The notes under the pieces were generated by a model that had not been told where the DNA came from, made no database searches, and saw only the letters and a list, made by a program, of their open reading frames with translations. The position numbers were made by a program, and so were the translations under genes. Source: Candidatus Thorarchaeota archaeon (lineage in GTDB: Archaea; Asgardarchaeota; Thorarchaeia; Thorarchaeales; Thorarchaeaceae). From it: DNA of 36,268 nt. Shown one piece after another: positions 20,761-30,243 of the stretch. The stretch covers positions 1 through 36,268 of the forward strand of contig RDNZ01000028.1 in the NCBI GenBank assembly GCA_011364905.1, written 5' to 3'. The first letter of the stretch is position 1, and every line of letters begins with the position of its first letter.

Positions 20761-21771
20761 ATGCAATCCGATTTACCTACAAAAGAGATGCTGCCTGATA
20801 TTTTGCTCTGGTCTTCGCTCTTCATAGGTGGATATTTTCTAATCTACTTTCTAGCAGATCTCATAATTGACACTCTTGTAGATATCAGCGAGTCATTCTC
20901 AATTTCTCCCATAGTTCTAGGACTTCTCATCCTTGGTATCGACCTAGAAGAGAGCATTGTTTCTCTAACAGCAGCATTTGAGGGATTGCCGTATCTTGCT
21001 CTTGGAAATCTTATTGGAAATACAGTGATTGCAATTGGTATCGCCTTTGGTTTGCCTGCACTTTATCTTAAGGCTGAAATCGACAAGCTTCCAAGATTTT
21101 ATTATATCGAGTTGGTAGGCGCTGGCACAATTGTACTGGTATCCATGGTTCTGACGAGTCACCTATTTCTGTTCGGATTTTTAAGCATCAGTCTCTTCAT
21201 TGCTCATCTAGTATACACTCTGCGAATTCAAAGAGAGTTCAAGTCAACCAACTTACGCAGGAAACAGGTAGAGAAAGATACCGAAAAGGAGCAGGAGAAA
21301 GATAGAGGTGTAAAAAAGAAAACTCGTTTGCAGACAGTTGCTAAATTACTGATTGCTCTAATTCTTCTCTCCGTAGGCGCGGAGGTTTTAGTGGTCAGTG
21401 CTGAGGAACTTGTTATTCTTACTGGATTGAATGAAAGTTTCTTCGGACTGGTAATAATGGCGGCTGTGACCAATGTTGAGGAGTTTTGGTTAATAGTCAA
21501 GTCAATTAGAAAGGATCGCGCTGATCTGGGTGTTAGTGCACAAGTTGGAAAAATCATTTGGAATATCACTTTGATTTTTGGAATTTGCAGCATACTTCTA
21601 TTTCAGTTCACATTTGAGATGATAATGCTGCTTAGCTCGATTATCTTTATCATTTCACTCACTGTTCTAGCTGTTAATCTCTTTCAAAACCGACTATCAA
21701 AAACAACTGGTATTGGATATCTAATACTACTCCTTATCTTCTTGGTTCTGAACTCACTATTCATCATATAG
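20761..21771 (+). CDS. Sodium/calcium (CaCA family, YrbG-like) antiporter
   Basis: Two inverted halves with alpha-repeat-like motifs GIDLEE...GNLIGN and AVTNVEE...AQVGK. Confidence 0.82.
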   Translation: MQSDLPTKEMLPDILLWSSLFIGGYFLIYFLADLIIDTLVDISESFSISPIVLGLLILGIDLEESIVSLTAAFEGLPYLALGNLIGNTVIAIGIAFGLPALYLKAEIDKLPRFYYIELVGAGTIVLVSMVLTSHLFLFGFLSISLFIAHLVYTLRIQREFKSTNLRRKQVEKDTEKEQEKDRGVKKKTRLQTVAKLLIALILLSVGAEVLVVSAEELVILTGLNESFFGLVIMAAVTNVEEFWLIVKSIRKDRADLGVSAQVGKIIWNITLIFGICSILLFQFTFEMIMLLSSIIFIISLTVLAVNLFQNRLSKTTGIGYLILLLIFLVLNSLFII

Positions 21772-21801
21772 AATGCTGTATCAACCGAGTAGGATGCTAG
21801 A

Positions 21802-21819
21802 CTGACGGGGTCAGGCGAA
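21802..21819 (+). repeat. Repeat copy 11 (left-arm fragment ending just after the BHB-like bulge)
   Basis: ctgacggggtcaggcgaa, 30 nt after the antiporter stop. Confidence 0.7.
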
Positions 21820-22012
21820 TCTTTACACGGCCCAAAAAGGAAGATGGCATTATTTCAAGCACAATCTCCCATACTTAGAACCTTCTCGATTCTAAAGAAT
21901 CATCTACGGGGTTCGCGAGAGTCCCCGGCTTTGCAATCCTTCTCAAAACAGTTAATATCAGGATTATTCGAATTTTGCGACTAAGCCCTTTTGGCGGTTC
22001 TAGGAGAGAAGA

Positions 22013-23125
22013 ATGAGCAGTCCAAATACTGACAAAGAAGATGTAGCTCGTAGTCCAGTGACTGGTCTGAGCACCCTCGACAAGTTTCTTCCTCTATGGA
22101 TTATCTTGGCAATGATTCTGGGAGTCCTCTTAGGGGATCTAGTGCCTGGGTTTGCTGAGGCTTTAGACTATTGGAGCATTGGGACCGTATCTCTCCCGAT
22201 TGCAATTGGCCTCCTCTGGATGATGTACCCTGTCTTGGCAAAGGTCAAGTATGAGGAGCTTGGACGACTAAAGAAGGAGAAAAAGATGTTTGGGGTTTCA
22301 TTAACCCTGAACTGGTTGATTGGTCCGTTTTTGATGTTTGCACTTGCATGGATATTCCTTGCTGATCTCCCGGAGTATCGAACTGGAATAATCCTCGTAG
22401 GACTAGCGCGCTGCATCGCAATGGTATTGATTTGGAACATGATGGCTGGTGGCTGTAGTGAGTCATGTGCGGTCCTTGTGGCATTGAACTCAGTCTTCCA
22501 GATAATAATGTACAGTCCTGAAGCATGGTTCTTTGTAACTTATCTCTCATCAATTGTGTCACCTGGATCTGGTTCCGTTGTCCAAGTTTCAATTATTGAG
22601 ATCGCATGGAGTGTCATTATCTTCCTTGGGATTCCACTGGTGGCTGGGATTGTAACAAGGTTCAGCCTTATGAAGCGTCGTTCTAAAGAGTGGTACGACG
22701 GAGAATTTGCACCCAAGCTGGGGCCATACGCTTTGATTGGACTTCTCTTCACGATTGTGGTTATGTTCTCTCTGAAAGGGAATACAATTGTTGCTCTTCC
22801 GTTCGATGTACTGAGAATCGCTCTTCCACTTCTTGTTTACTTCGTCATCATGTTCTTTGTTTCATTTGGAATCTCGTATGCCATGAAGTTCGCATACGAT
22901 AAGAATGTGACATTATCATTCACTGCCGCTAGCAACAACTTTGAGCTGGCAATTGCCGTTGCCATTGGAGTATTTGGCATCGGATCCGGCCAAGCACTTG
23001 CTGCAGTTGTAGGTCCACTCATCGAGGTGCCTGTCTTGGTTGGACTTGTCTATGTTTCATTATGGTTAGGACGAAAGTTCTATGGACGAAATGCTAGAAA
23101 TCAAGCTGGCGTGAAACAGGAGTAG
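22013..23125 (+). CDS. acr3: ACR3-family arsenite efflux transporter
   Basis: GLLWMMYPVLAKV, LNWLIGP, GLARCIAMVLIW, AASNNFELAIAVA, GPLIEVP. Confidence 0.96.
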   Translation: MSSPNTDKEDVARSPVTGLSTLDKFLPLWIILAMILGVLLGDLVPGFAEALDYWSIGTVSLPIAIGLLWMMYPVLAKVKYEELGRLKKEKKMFGVSLTLNWLIGPFLMFALAWIFLADLPEYRTGIILVGLARCIAMVLIWNMMAGGCSESCAVLVALNSVFQIIMYSPEAWFFVTYLSSIVSPGSGSVVQVSIIEIAWSVIIFLGIPLVAGIVTRFSLMKRRSKEWYDGEFAPKLGPYALIGLLFTIVVMFSLKGNTIVALPFDVLRIALPLLVYFVIMFFVSFGISYAMKFAYDKNVTLSFTAASNNFELAIAVAIGVFGIGSGQALAAVVGPLIEVPVLVGLVYVSLWLGRKFYGRNARNQAGVKQE

Positions 23126-23147
23126 TATGAATTCGGACCTTCAACAT

Positions 23148-23209
23148 GGTCCGATGAACAATGATCTTTCCCCTTGCTTCAGATGTTAAGTCGCCCTTTT
23201 TCATTTTAC
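23148..23209 (+). repeat. Repeat copy 12 (degenerate)
   Basis: ggtccgatgaacaatgatctttccccttgcttcagatgttaagtcgcccttt...cattttac is collinear with the consensus. Confidence 0.75.
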
Positions 23210-23359
23210 GTTGATGAAACTATTCGAGTGGGGGGCATGATTCCACTTCTATTCTTCTTAACATGACCTTCAATTACGAGGGTAGCAAAGCAATCAGTTT
23301 CAGCTTCTTTTCTACTCATTCTCTACATTATTATATCGCTTCAAAAGAGTAACATGGTT

Positions 23360-23833
23360 TTAGCAGTTTTTGGCTTTTATTTTGGAATGTACGTGTTCAC
23401 GAACAAGTTTACGGTAGTGCGTTTTTTTCACATTATCATATTCGCTGGAATCAGAATAGTAGAGAGAGATTACAGTGTCAAATCCCCAATCAAACTCATC
23501 TGCAGGAAACACTGCGTACCTGACAATACCCTTGGTGTCGTTTCCAGTTACATCAAAATACAATTGCTGCAGATACCTATTCACCTCATCATCGGATGAG
23601 CCATTCATAAGTTGAAGAAACAGATCATCATAGATGCCAACGAAATATCGGTTATGGTTCTTTGTAACCTCTTTTTCGTAATCTCCATCCCTGACCCATT
23701 TCATTTTACGAAAACAGTCAAAGATATTTTCAAAATAAGGCTGCATACTCTCAACCAATTTATCGGTTGTTCTATTCGTTATTCTAGTAATGACCAACAT
23801 GCCTTCAGGTTCTTCGTACTTCACTTCTCTCAC
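23360..23833 (-). CDS. Hypothetical protein in an AT-rich segment
   Basis: 157-aa ORF with a GGAG-like SD upstream on the minus strand; no recognisable motif. Confidence 0.6.
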   Translation of the reverse strand: MREVKYEEPEGMLVITRITNRTTDKLVESMQPYFENIFDCFRKMKWVRDGDYEKEVTKNHNRYFVGIYDDLFLQLMNGSSDDEVNRYLQQLYFDVTGNDTKGIVRYAVFPADEFDWGFDTVISLYYSDSSEYDNVKKTHYRKLVREHVHSKIKAKNC

Positions 23834-24212
23834 TCCATAATAGAATGATAATGAAAAGAAGAAGCAGTCAACGAAATTGAAGGGTTAATACAACAGATTT
23901 TATTCAAGCCATAATAAAAAAAGACAATAAGTAGCTACATCAAATTCATTCTTATTCTATTCAAAAAACATATTCAGATACTTGTATATAAGTACAATCA
24001 TTTCATGTATGTTGTTGCAAAATTCGCTTTTTTGCTGGCAAATGCTACATTTTTAGTTCAAGTCTATACTAGATTGAAAAAGCCTGACATTTTACAGCGA
24101 ATAGACAGAAGACTACTGTGAGATGACTGACTCTCTTTTCTGCAACTGTTACTTTCATCAAAATTGAAATATGACTCTGCTCTTCGATTGATTAAGGCAA
24201 GGTGTCATTGAT

Positions 24213-24791
24213 ATGAAATCCACACCTCCCTCAATCATAGAAACAGACCGTCTTACTCTACGTCCATACCGTGTAGGTGATGAGAGTTGGTATTTCGAGA
24301 TGAGTCAGAGAAACCACGATCATCTCAAGAGGTATGAATCACAAAACCCAGCAATGACAATCAAGACCGAAGAAGACGCAAAAGGAATGATATCTGACCT
24401 TGCAAACGACTGGAAGGATTGCACGCATTTCTTCATGCCTGTTTTCCTCAAAAGCACCGAGGAATTCGTAGCCCAGGTCTATATCGGTCCTGTTAGTTGG
24501 GACTTACCTGAGTTTTCAATTGGTTACTTTGTTGACGTGGGGCATGAAGGAAGAGGCTACGTGACAGAGGCTGTAAATGCAGTAGTAAAGACGCTTTTTG
24601 AGAGTTTCAATGCACAAAGACTTCGAATCGAAACCGATGATACGAATGTCAGAAGTATAGGTGTTGCAGAAAGATGTGGCTTTGTCCAAGAGGGTCACAT
24701 AAGAGAGAACAAGAAGAACCCTGATGGTACGTATTCCGGCACCTTATACTTTGGATTGTTGAAACGCGAGTTCTTGTTGAACAGTACTTAG
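24213..24791 (+). CDS. GNAT N-acetyltransferase, RimJ/RimL family
   Basis: IETDRLTLRP, IGYF...EGRGYVTEA, NVRSIGVAERCGFVQEG. Confidence 0.92.
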   Translation: MKSTPPSIIETDRLTLRPYRVGDESWYFEMSQRNHDHLKRYESQNPAMTIKTEEDAKGMISDLANDWKDCTHFFMPVFLKSTEEFVAQVYIGPVSWDLPEFSIGYFVDVGHEGRGYVTEAVNAVVKTLFESFNAQRLRIETDDTNVRSIGVAERCGFVQEGHIRENKKNPDGTYSGTLYFGLLKREFLLNST

Positions 24792-24864
24792 AGTTGAACA
24801 TCTAACAAAAATCCCCTTTAGGCCTGAAGATTGCTTTGTATCATAAAACATTGCACTGGTCCAT

Positions 24865-24897
24865 GCCTTTGATTCACTCTTTCGTCTTGTGATTGTC
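24865..24897 (+). repeat. Repeat copy 13 (tentative, degenerate right end)
   Basis: gcctttgattcactctttcgtcttgtgattgtc compared with copy 4 and 6 ends (ttgagtcactc; ctttcattttgtaattgtc); intergenic position as expected. Confidence 0.5.
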
Positions 24898-24978
24898 ATA
24901 GTGTAAAGAAGATATATCACGACTCATTATGCTTCCCTGATGAAGCGGATTTAGTTTTCACAACGCTGGCGAACAAGA

Positions 24979-26907
24979 TTGACATACGTCTATATGAAAG
25001 CCCTAGAATCGGCTCCGGAACGCTACGATAGGGGAATAAGATGGCTTGGTTGGTCAAAGCTAGATGGTATACGTAATCATATTGCTGACATTATAGAGAA
25101 TGAAGCGGAATCTGTTCTTGAGATAGGAGCTGGTACAGGCACTCAAGCCCTTCTACTAGCAAAACGTGGTCTGGAAGTTACAGGCATAGACCACTCTTCC
25201 GGAATGCTTACTATTGCTCAGGGTAAAATCGCTGCATTAAGAAAGGAAAAAGCCGGATCCGTGATTGCCGACAGAGTCACATTATTGCATAAAGCCGCTG
25301 TAGAATTAGATGAGTTCAATCATGAATCATTTGATGCTGTCACATCGACACTTGTTTTTTCTGAGCTAAATCCTTCTGAACAGCGATATACACTATCTTA
25401 CGCTTTTCAGATTCTCAAGCCTGGAGGCATACTAGTACTAGCTGATGAAGTGGCACCACACCGGCTCTCGAGAAGAGTGGCGCACTCGTTGATTTCTGCT
25501 CCGCTGAAACTCATCACCTATATTGTGACTCAGACATCAACCAAAGCTGTTCAAGGTTTGGATAAGATAGTCGAGGAAGCCGGATTTGAAATCGAATCGA
25601 TTGAGAACTACCAGTTGGACTCCTTCCAGCTAATCTTTGCGAGAAAGCCAAAAGAATCCGATATAGAGAGAGAATCCATCCCATCAACTAAGTTCGAACC
25701 TATTAAGCCCCCAACAGGAGGAGCACTCACTACTTTCTGGGAAACAGCAGCACGAATGATTGGACACTCCACAGAGATTGGGCTCATCCCCGTGGGAGAA
25801 CCAACTCCAGATAGTCCAGTACTCTGTACCTGCAACTTCGAGCTAACAGTTCGCCGACTCTATAAACTCATGACAGACTCTGGGATCAACTCATGGATAC
25901 TTGTGGCTCCGACAGGTGGCATCAACGTCTGGTGCTCATCCTGTGGGAAAAACTTCAATGCTGGGTCTGTAATAACTGCAATCAAAGTTTCAAGCCTTGA
26001 GAAGTATGTTGACCATCGAAGGATAATACTGCCACAGCTTGGTGCGTCTGGAATTGACTCACGAGAAGTAAATCGAATCACAGGATGGCACTGTGTCTGG
26101 GGTCCAGTGCAGATGGAAGACATTCCAAGTTTTCTCTCTGAAATACCAAAGTCAATTCGGAACAAGACGGAACGACAAAGATCTGTTCGATTTGGCATTA
26201 GAAACCGTCTGGAAATGGCCTCTGCCTTATTCTTTCCACTATTACTATTGATGTTACCCTTAGCTTTGGTTCTCTCTTTTCTGAATCAATATGCTTGGAT
26301 ACTTCCCCTCCTTCTTACGATAATTGTTCAAATCTACGGTCTCTTTGTGTTTTGGCCAGCTATACCATCCCGACTTGGCACAAACAAGACCATAGTCTGG
26401 TCAACATTAATCATCCTACTGACTTCCTCAGTAGCATGGTATATCACGGAGGTACTTCAACTTCCTTATCCGGAATCACCTGTCTTCCAAGGTTTCCTTG
26501 CATTCCTTAATTACTGGCCGATTCAAGTGATTACTCTCATCCTAATGGGCATCCTCGTATATGATGCAGATGGTATGACGCCTACTCTTCGGTCATCATT
26601 GGCAGCACGAAGTTGGAACAAAGGAAAAACGGAGATGCAGGAGAGGTGGGGAAGTTCCTATGCTCTATTGCCCTATGGGGAAATTTCGGTCATTTTGGAT
26701 TCGTGTAACGGTTGTGGCGTTTGTGTCGATGTTTGTCCGATGCTAATCCCCCTCGTAGATGATGAATCTAGGAAGGTTGTGTTAAGAACTCCTGGAAGGT
26801 GCGTTAATTGCCGAGCTTGTGTAAACCGATGTCCTGAGAATGCTCTATTTCTAAAACCCGAAACAGAAGCTGCAAAACAAGCTCTCCTCAAATTGCAGGA
26901 CAAATGA
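24979..26907 (+). CDS. Fusion: class I SAM methyltransferase (CpaM-like) + HgcA-like corrinoid domain + TM segment + 2x[4Fe-4S] ferredoxin (HgcB-like)
   Basis: VLEIGAGTG and LKPGG methyltransferase motifs; GEPTPDSPVLCTCNFELT, GGINVWCSSCGK, RIILPQLGA, WGPV; about 4 TMs; CNGCGVCVDVCP and CVNCRACVNRCP. Confidence 0.88.
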   Translation: MTYVYMKALESAPERYDRGIRWLGWSKLDGIRNHIADIIENEAESVLEIGAGTGTQALLLAKRGLEVTGIDHSSGMLTIAQGKIAALRKEKAGSVIADRVTLLHKAAVELDEFNHESFDAVTSTLVFSELNPSEQRYTLSYAFQILKPGGILVLADEVAPHRLSRRVAHSLISAPLKLITYIVTQTSTKAVQGLDKIVEEAGFEIESIENYQLDSFQLIFARKPKESDIERESIPSTKFEPIKPPTGGALTTFWETAARMIGHSTEIGLIPVGEPTPDSPVLCTCNFELTVRRLYKLMTDSGINSWILVAPTGGINVWCSSCGKNFNAGSVITAIKVSSLEKYVDHRRIILPQLGASGIDSREVNRITGWHCVWGPVQMEDIPSFLSEIPKSIRNKTERQRSVRFGIRNRLEMASALFFPLLLLMLPLALVLSFLNQYAWILPLLLTIIVQIYGLFVFWPAIPSRLGTNKTIVWSTLIILLTSSVAWYITEVLQLPYPESPVFQGFLAFLNYWPIQVITLILMGILVYDADGMTPTLRSSLAARSWNKGKTEMQERWGSSYALLPYGEISVILDSCNGCGVCVDVCPMLIPLVDDESRKVVLRTPGRCVNCRACVNRCPENALFLKPETEAAKQALLKLQDK

Positions 26908-26946
26908 ACCAGCAGTAAAAGAAATCATTGGAAATCAGGAGTTAAA

Positions 26947-26981
26947 GATGTAGAGAATAATGGAGTCGGATGAACAGGAAA
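26947..26981 (+). repeat. Repeat copy 14 (degenerate left arm, last recognisable copy)
   Basis: gatgtagagaataatggagtcggatgaacaggaaa matches 5780-5814 at 27 of 35 positions without gaps (manual count). Confidence 0.72.
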
Positions 26982-27062
26982 TCGCCATTACCATTTTTTT
27001 CAAACATCAATTTGTCCTTTCAGGCTATTCAGACGGAATTCCACAGTTGTTCCGATTGGAAC

Positions 27063-28226
27063 CTAGATTCCTTCTGTGTTGTGATCGGACATTCTGCTTT
27101 TTTTCAGCCACCAGCTTAGGACAAGAATGACCGATAATCCGCTAATGAGTATGACCAGTTCCATGTCCATGGTGGGTAGGATACCCTCTCTGATTCTCAG
27201 GATAACAAATCCATTGTCCTGGTCAGTCATGTAGATGAGATCATCAGCCATATCAATACGGCAAGGCTTGCCGCCATCAAAGTAGCGAGCCACCTCAGAA
27301 AGTTGCTCTGGATTTTTAATGTCCAATAGAAGCAGCCCTAATTCTTGGTCACAAAGAAAAGCAAGACCTCGATCACTTTCAATATGTACAGAAAAAGTGC
27401 TCAAGCTTTCATTGAATTCAGACAATACTTCAATATTTGAAAAGTCGCTAACATTCAACACCTTGAAGCTCTTTCCCCAATAACTTAGAAAAGCCAAACT
27501 CCCAACGACTTCAAGATCTCCTACTTCTGCGTTGCCTGCGGACTCGTCTTCGTAATGTCCTACCTGCATTGGATTTGTACGATTTTTAATGTCAAAGACA
27601 GTAAATCCTGCGTAACTTGTAGTCAAAAACGCGTAACTCCCCACAACCTCAATGTCTGTCGCATCTCCAGCTGTGACATGACTTCCTATTGGCACAGGTG
27701 CGGCTGGGTCTGTAACATTGACAACTGTTAGCCTGTCACCGCTACCCATGAATCCATTGGCTAGAAATGCAGTATTTCCTACTACTTCGACATCCCAGGT
27801 ATAATCATTAGCATACTGACTCAAGACAACAGGATGAAGTAAGTCATCGAATCTGATTATTTTGAGCCCTCCTTGACCATCACCTACATACACTAGATTT
27901 CCGTATTTGACAAGCTGGTGGGCATACCCACTCAATGATGATGGTACGGTTGCAATCTCTGTTATATTCGTAGGATTACTTACATCAAAGACCTTCACTC
28001 CGGAGTAACCGCAAGTAACAAAGGCAATGTCTAGGTCTGTGTCAATCCATAAATCATAGGCATCAGATGTTTCAATCTGTCCAATTTTCGTTAGCACCAT
28101 TTGGCTTGCGGCCACTCTAGGTACAAAACAGGTTAGTGTCAAGTTTAGAATGAGGATTAAAACTAGAGTGAAAAAGATGTTACGCAGTCTGGTCTTCATT
28201 GTAGATTTCCTCCCTAACCGGCTCAC
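27063..28226 (-). CDS. LVIVD-repeat beta-propeller surface protein with C-terminal TM anchor
   Basis: Repeats such as GVKVFDVSNP, RLTVVNVTDP, GFTVFDIKNRTNP, GLLLLDIKNP; signal peptide; start probably MKTRL. Confidence 0.87.
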   Translation of the reverse strand: MSRLGRKSTMKTRLRNIFFTLVLILILNLTLTCFVPRVAASQMVLTKIGQIETSDAYDLWIDTDLDIAFVTCGYSGVKVFDVSNPTNITEIATVPSSLSGYAHQLVKYGNLVYVGDGQGGLKIIRFDDLLHPVVLSQYANDYTWDVEVVGNTAFLANGFMGSGDRLTVVNVTDPAAPVPIGSHVTAGDATDIEVVGSYAFLTTSYAGFTVFDIKNRTNPMQVGHYEDESAGNAEVGDLEVVGSLAFLSYWGKSFKVLNVSDFSNIEVLSEFNESLSTFSVHIESDRGLAFLCDQELGLLLLDIKNPEQLSEVARYFDGGKPCRIDMADDLIYMTDQDNGFVILRIREGILPTMDMELVILISGLSVILVLSWWLKKSRMSDHNTEGI

Positions 28227-28570
28227 ACATGGGCTTTGACCTCTCTTGTCTTGGTTATTGATTCAAAGAAGGACAGAGTCGAGCTCAGAGGACCAAAGGG
28301 ACTCATTGAATTAAGAGTAGCTTTCGAAGCAGGATGTGGACAATCTTGTTAATGTCTAGACACTCGATGATGACTGCTCCATGAATGAGTGTTTTAGTGG
28401 AATTGATTATCCCCATTCATTGCAGGCAATCTCTCACGATATAGCTGTTTTATTCGTAATGACGCAATCGCTAGGTTCGGTTTTTCCAATTCCACATACC
28501 AATGATTTATGGTGTTTGAAGTATATTCTCTAAATTAGTCGTGTTTGCTTTGCGGGGATGAACAGGTACT

Positions 28571-30169
28571 GTGGTAACAACGAAGATACTACTGACTGAA
28601 GATAACGCTGCAATGAGTCACTATCAGCAGAACGTCTACTTAGGATTCGTGTCTTGTGTGCCTGATAGACTCTTACCAAGAAGTATTTACAGGAAGTATT
28701 TCATCCCCACAGTACCCGTCGATAGAACTGGAACTGCGCTTCAGGCACCACTATCTTTGCGGGCTGTCGAAGCAGCTCTGCTGAATGCTGGATTCAAACG
28801 AAAAGATGTTTCAGTCATCCGACCTGATTATTTGGAAAGTCGAATGGGCGAAAACACAGAGATTTTGGCTCTATCGAGCCATGATCCGCTTGGACTAGGT
28901 CCTGCAACAACAACATGGTCGACGATTTTTCAGGGAACTCCCCTCAATCGAATTGAATTCTTGTCTTTCATGAAAAGGGTTCAAAGATTAAAAGAGAAGT
29001 TCAGCTTTAAGGTTGCTCTCGGGGGATCTGGCGCTTGGCAACTTATGAACAACAATTTGTTCACCAAGCTCGGTATTGATTACCTCTTTCTTGGTGAAGT
29101 AGAGTATAAGGCATTTGACTTTTTTAGTTCTATCCTAAATAATGAACTTGCAGAAGGTTCGATTGTTAGGGGAGATATCATCAGACCAGAGGACATACCT
29201 CCAATCCGAGGTTCTACGAATTGGGGATTAGTCGAAGTAACACGAGGCTGTGGAAGGGGGTGTGCATACTGTGCACCTACTACTTCCGGGAAGATTAGAA
29301 GTATCCCGATAGATACGATAGTTGAGAGTGCCAAAGTGAATCTTGACGCTGCTTGGAATAAGAAGAAGGTGGTTATACTCCATTCTGATGATTTCTTTCG
29401 GTATGGAACTCAAGGCAGCGAGTATCGAATCAAGCCTTCTACGATATACGAGCTATTCGAGAGTCTATTCAATGTAGGAGCAAAAAGCATCACTATTACT
29501 CATGCGTCTCTGGCGAATATAGTAGCTGATGAACCATTCATTAAGGAGTTCTCCAGGTACTTGTACAATCACAATATTTCCAGTTTTGGATGTCAACCAG
29601 GATTGGAAACTGGTAGTACCAGACTCATGTCTTCAATGATGGCAGGCAAGGCTAAGCCTTTCTCACCTGATGAATGGTCTTGGGTGGTCAAAGAGGCAAT
29701 GCGGATTTTTGGCGAGAACAACTGGCATGTTGTTGCTACCCTCATCATGGGACTTCCTGGAGAGGGTCGAGAGGATATCATTGACACTTTCAAGCTGATT
29801 GGGGGCTTGGAGAAGTTCAAATCATTGTACATTCCACTCTTCTTTGTACCAATGAGCATGACTAGACTATCTGATAGGACGCGATTCATATCCACGAAGA
29901 TGACAAAAGAACACTGGTTGCTCCTAGAGAGATGTTGGAAACACAATCTAACGCACATCTTTGGCCTCTATGAAATGACTGACACGCCTGATCCTATTTT
30001 CTTGCATAATTTTCTGAAGCTTTCTATAGAATCTCTAAAGATCCTGATGAAGTGGAAGCGGTCCAGTATAATCAACAGAAGTGCAAAAGCACCATTAGTC
30101 AAGAATATTGACGCCAAAAAACTAGTAGACCATTGTAGTGCTAGTAGTTCCTCTTCCTCTTCAGGATAG
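28571..30169 (+). CDS. B12-binding-domain-type radical SAM protein (archaeal COG1032-like)
   Basis: EVTRGCGRGCAYC (CxxxCxxC); N-terminal AP..LRAVEAAL, HDPLGLGP, GGSGAWQL; GLETGS. Confidence 0.88.
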   Translation: MVTTKILLTEDNAAMSHYQQNVYLGFVSCVPDRLLPRSIYRKYFIPTVPVDRTGTALQAPLSLRAVEAALLNAGFKRKDVSVIRPDYLESRMGENTEILALSSHDPLGLGPATTTWSTIFQGTPLNRIEFLSFMKRVQRLKEKFSFKVALGGSGAWQLMNNNLFTKLGIDYLFLGEVEYKAFDFFSSILNNELAEGSIVRGDIIRPEDIPPIRGSTNWGLVEVTRGCGRGCAYCAPTTSGKIRSIPIDTIVESAKVNLDAAWNKKKVVILHSDDFFRYGTQGSEYRIKPSTIYELFESLFNVGAKSITITHASLANIVADEPFIKEFSRYLYNHNISSFGCQPGLETGSTRLMSSMMAGKAKPFSPDEWSWVVKEAMRIFGENNWHVVATLIMGLPGEGREDIIDTFKLIGGLEKFKSLYIPLFFVPMSMTRLSDRTRFISTKMTKEHWLLLERCWKHNLTHIFGLYEMTDTPDPIFLHNFLKLSIESLKILMKWKRSSIINRSAKAPLVKNIDAKKLVDHCSASSSSSSSG

Positions 30170-30243
30170 AACACTAAGAAAAAGCTGTCGAGACCAAATA
30201 AACAAGAAACTAGTTTCTTTCAAAGATTTTAGATAAACCAACA

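Noticed and set aside
21960-21985. attcgaat palindrome upstream of acr3 as an ArsR operator
   Set aside because: Only 8 bp and no arsR gene nearby.
24979-26907. Calling the fusion a true mercury methylase (hgcA/hgcB)
   Set aside because: Variant cap-helix motif, fused architecture and no C-terminal cysteines; activity cannot be inferred from sequence.
5770-26981. Canonical integron attC sites (gttgagc matches GTTRRRY; imperfect palindrome)
   Set aside because: There is no RYYYAAC inverse core (ggctgac instead), the fold relies on top-strand G-U/G-T pairs that become A-C mismatches on the bottom strand, no intI is in the window, and the motif is explained by pairing with the 16S leader. An IntegronFinder run would be the formal test.
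5770-26981. CRISPR array
   Set aside because: Repeats are up to ~90 nt and degenerate, intervals are 0.5-5.5 kb and contain genes, and there are no cas genes.
28272-28566. Possible further repeat remnants (gacagagtcgagctcagaggacc at 28272; cggggatgaacagg at 28553)
   Set aside because: Matches are too short or gapped to separate from chance without an HMM score.
30138-30166. Poly-Ser tail of the radical SAM protein
   Set aside because: Low-complexity C-terminal extension with no evidence of function.
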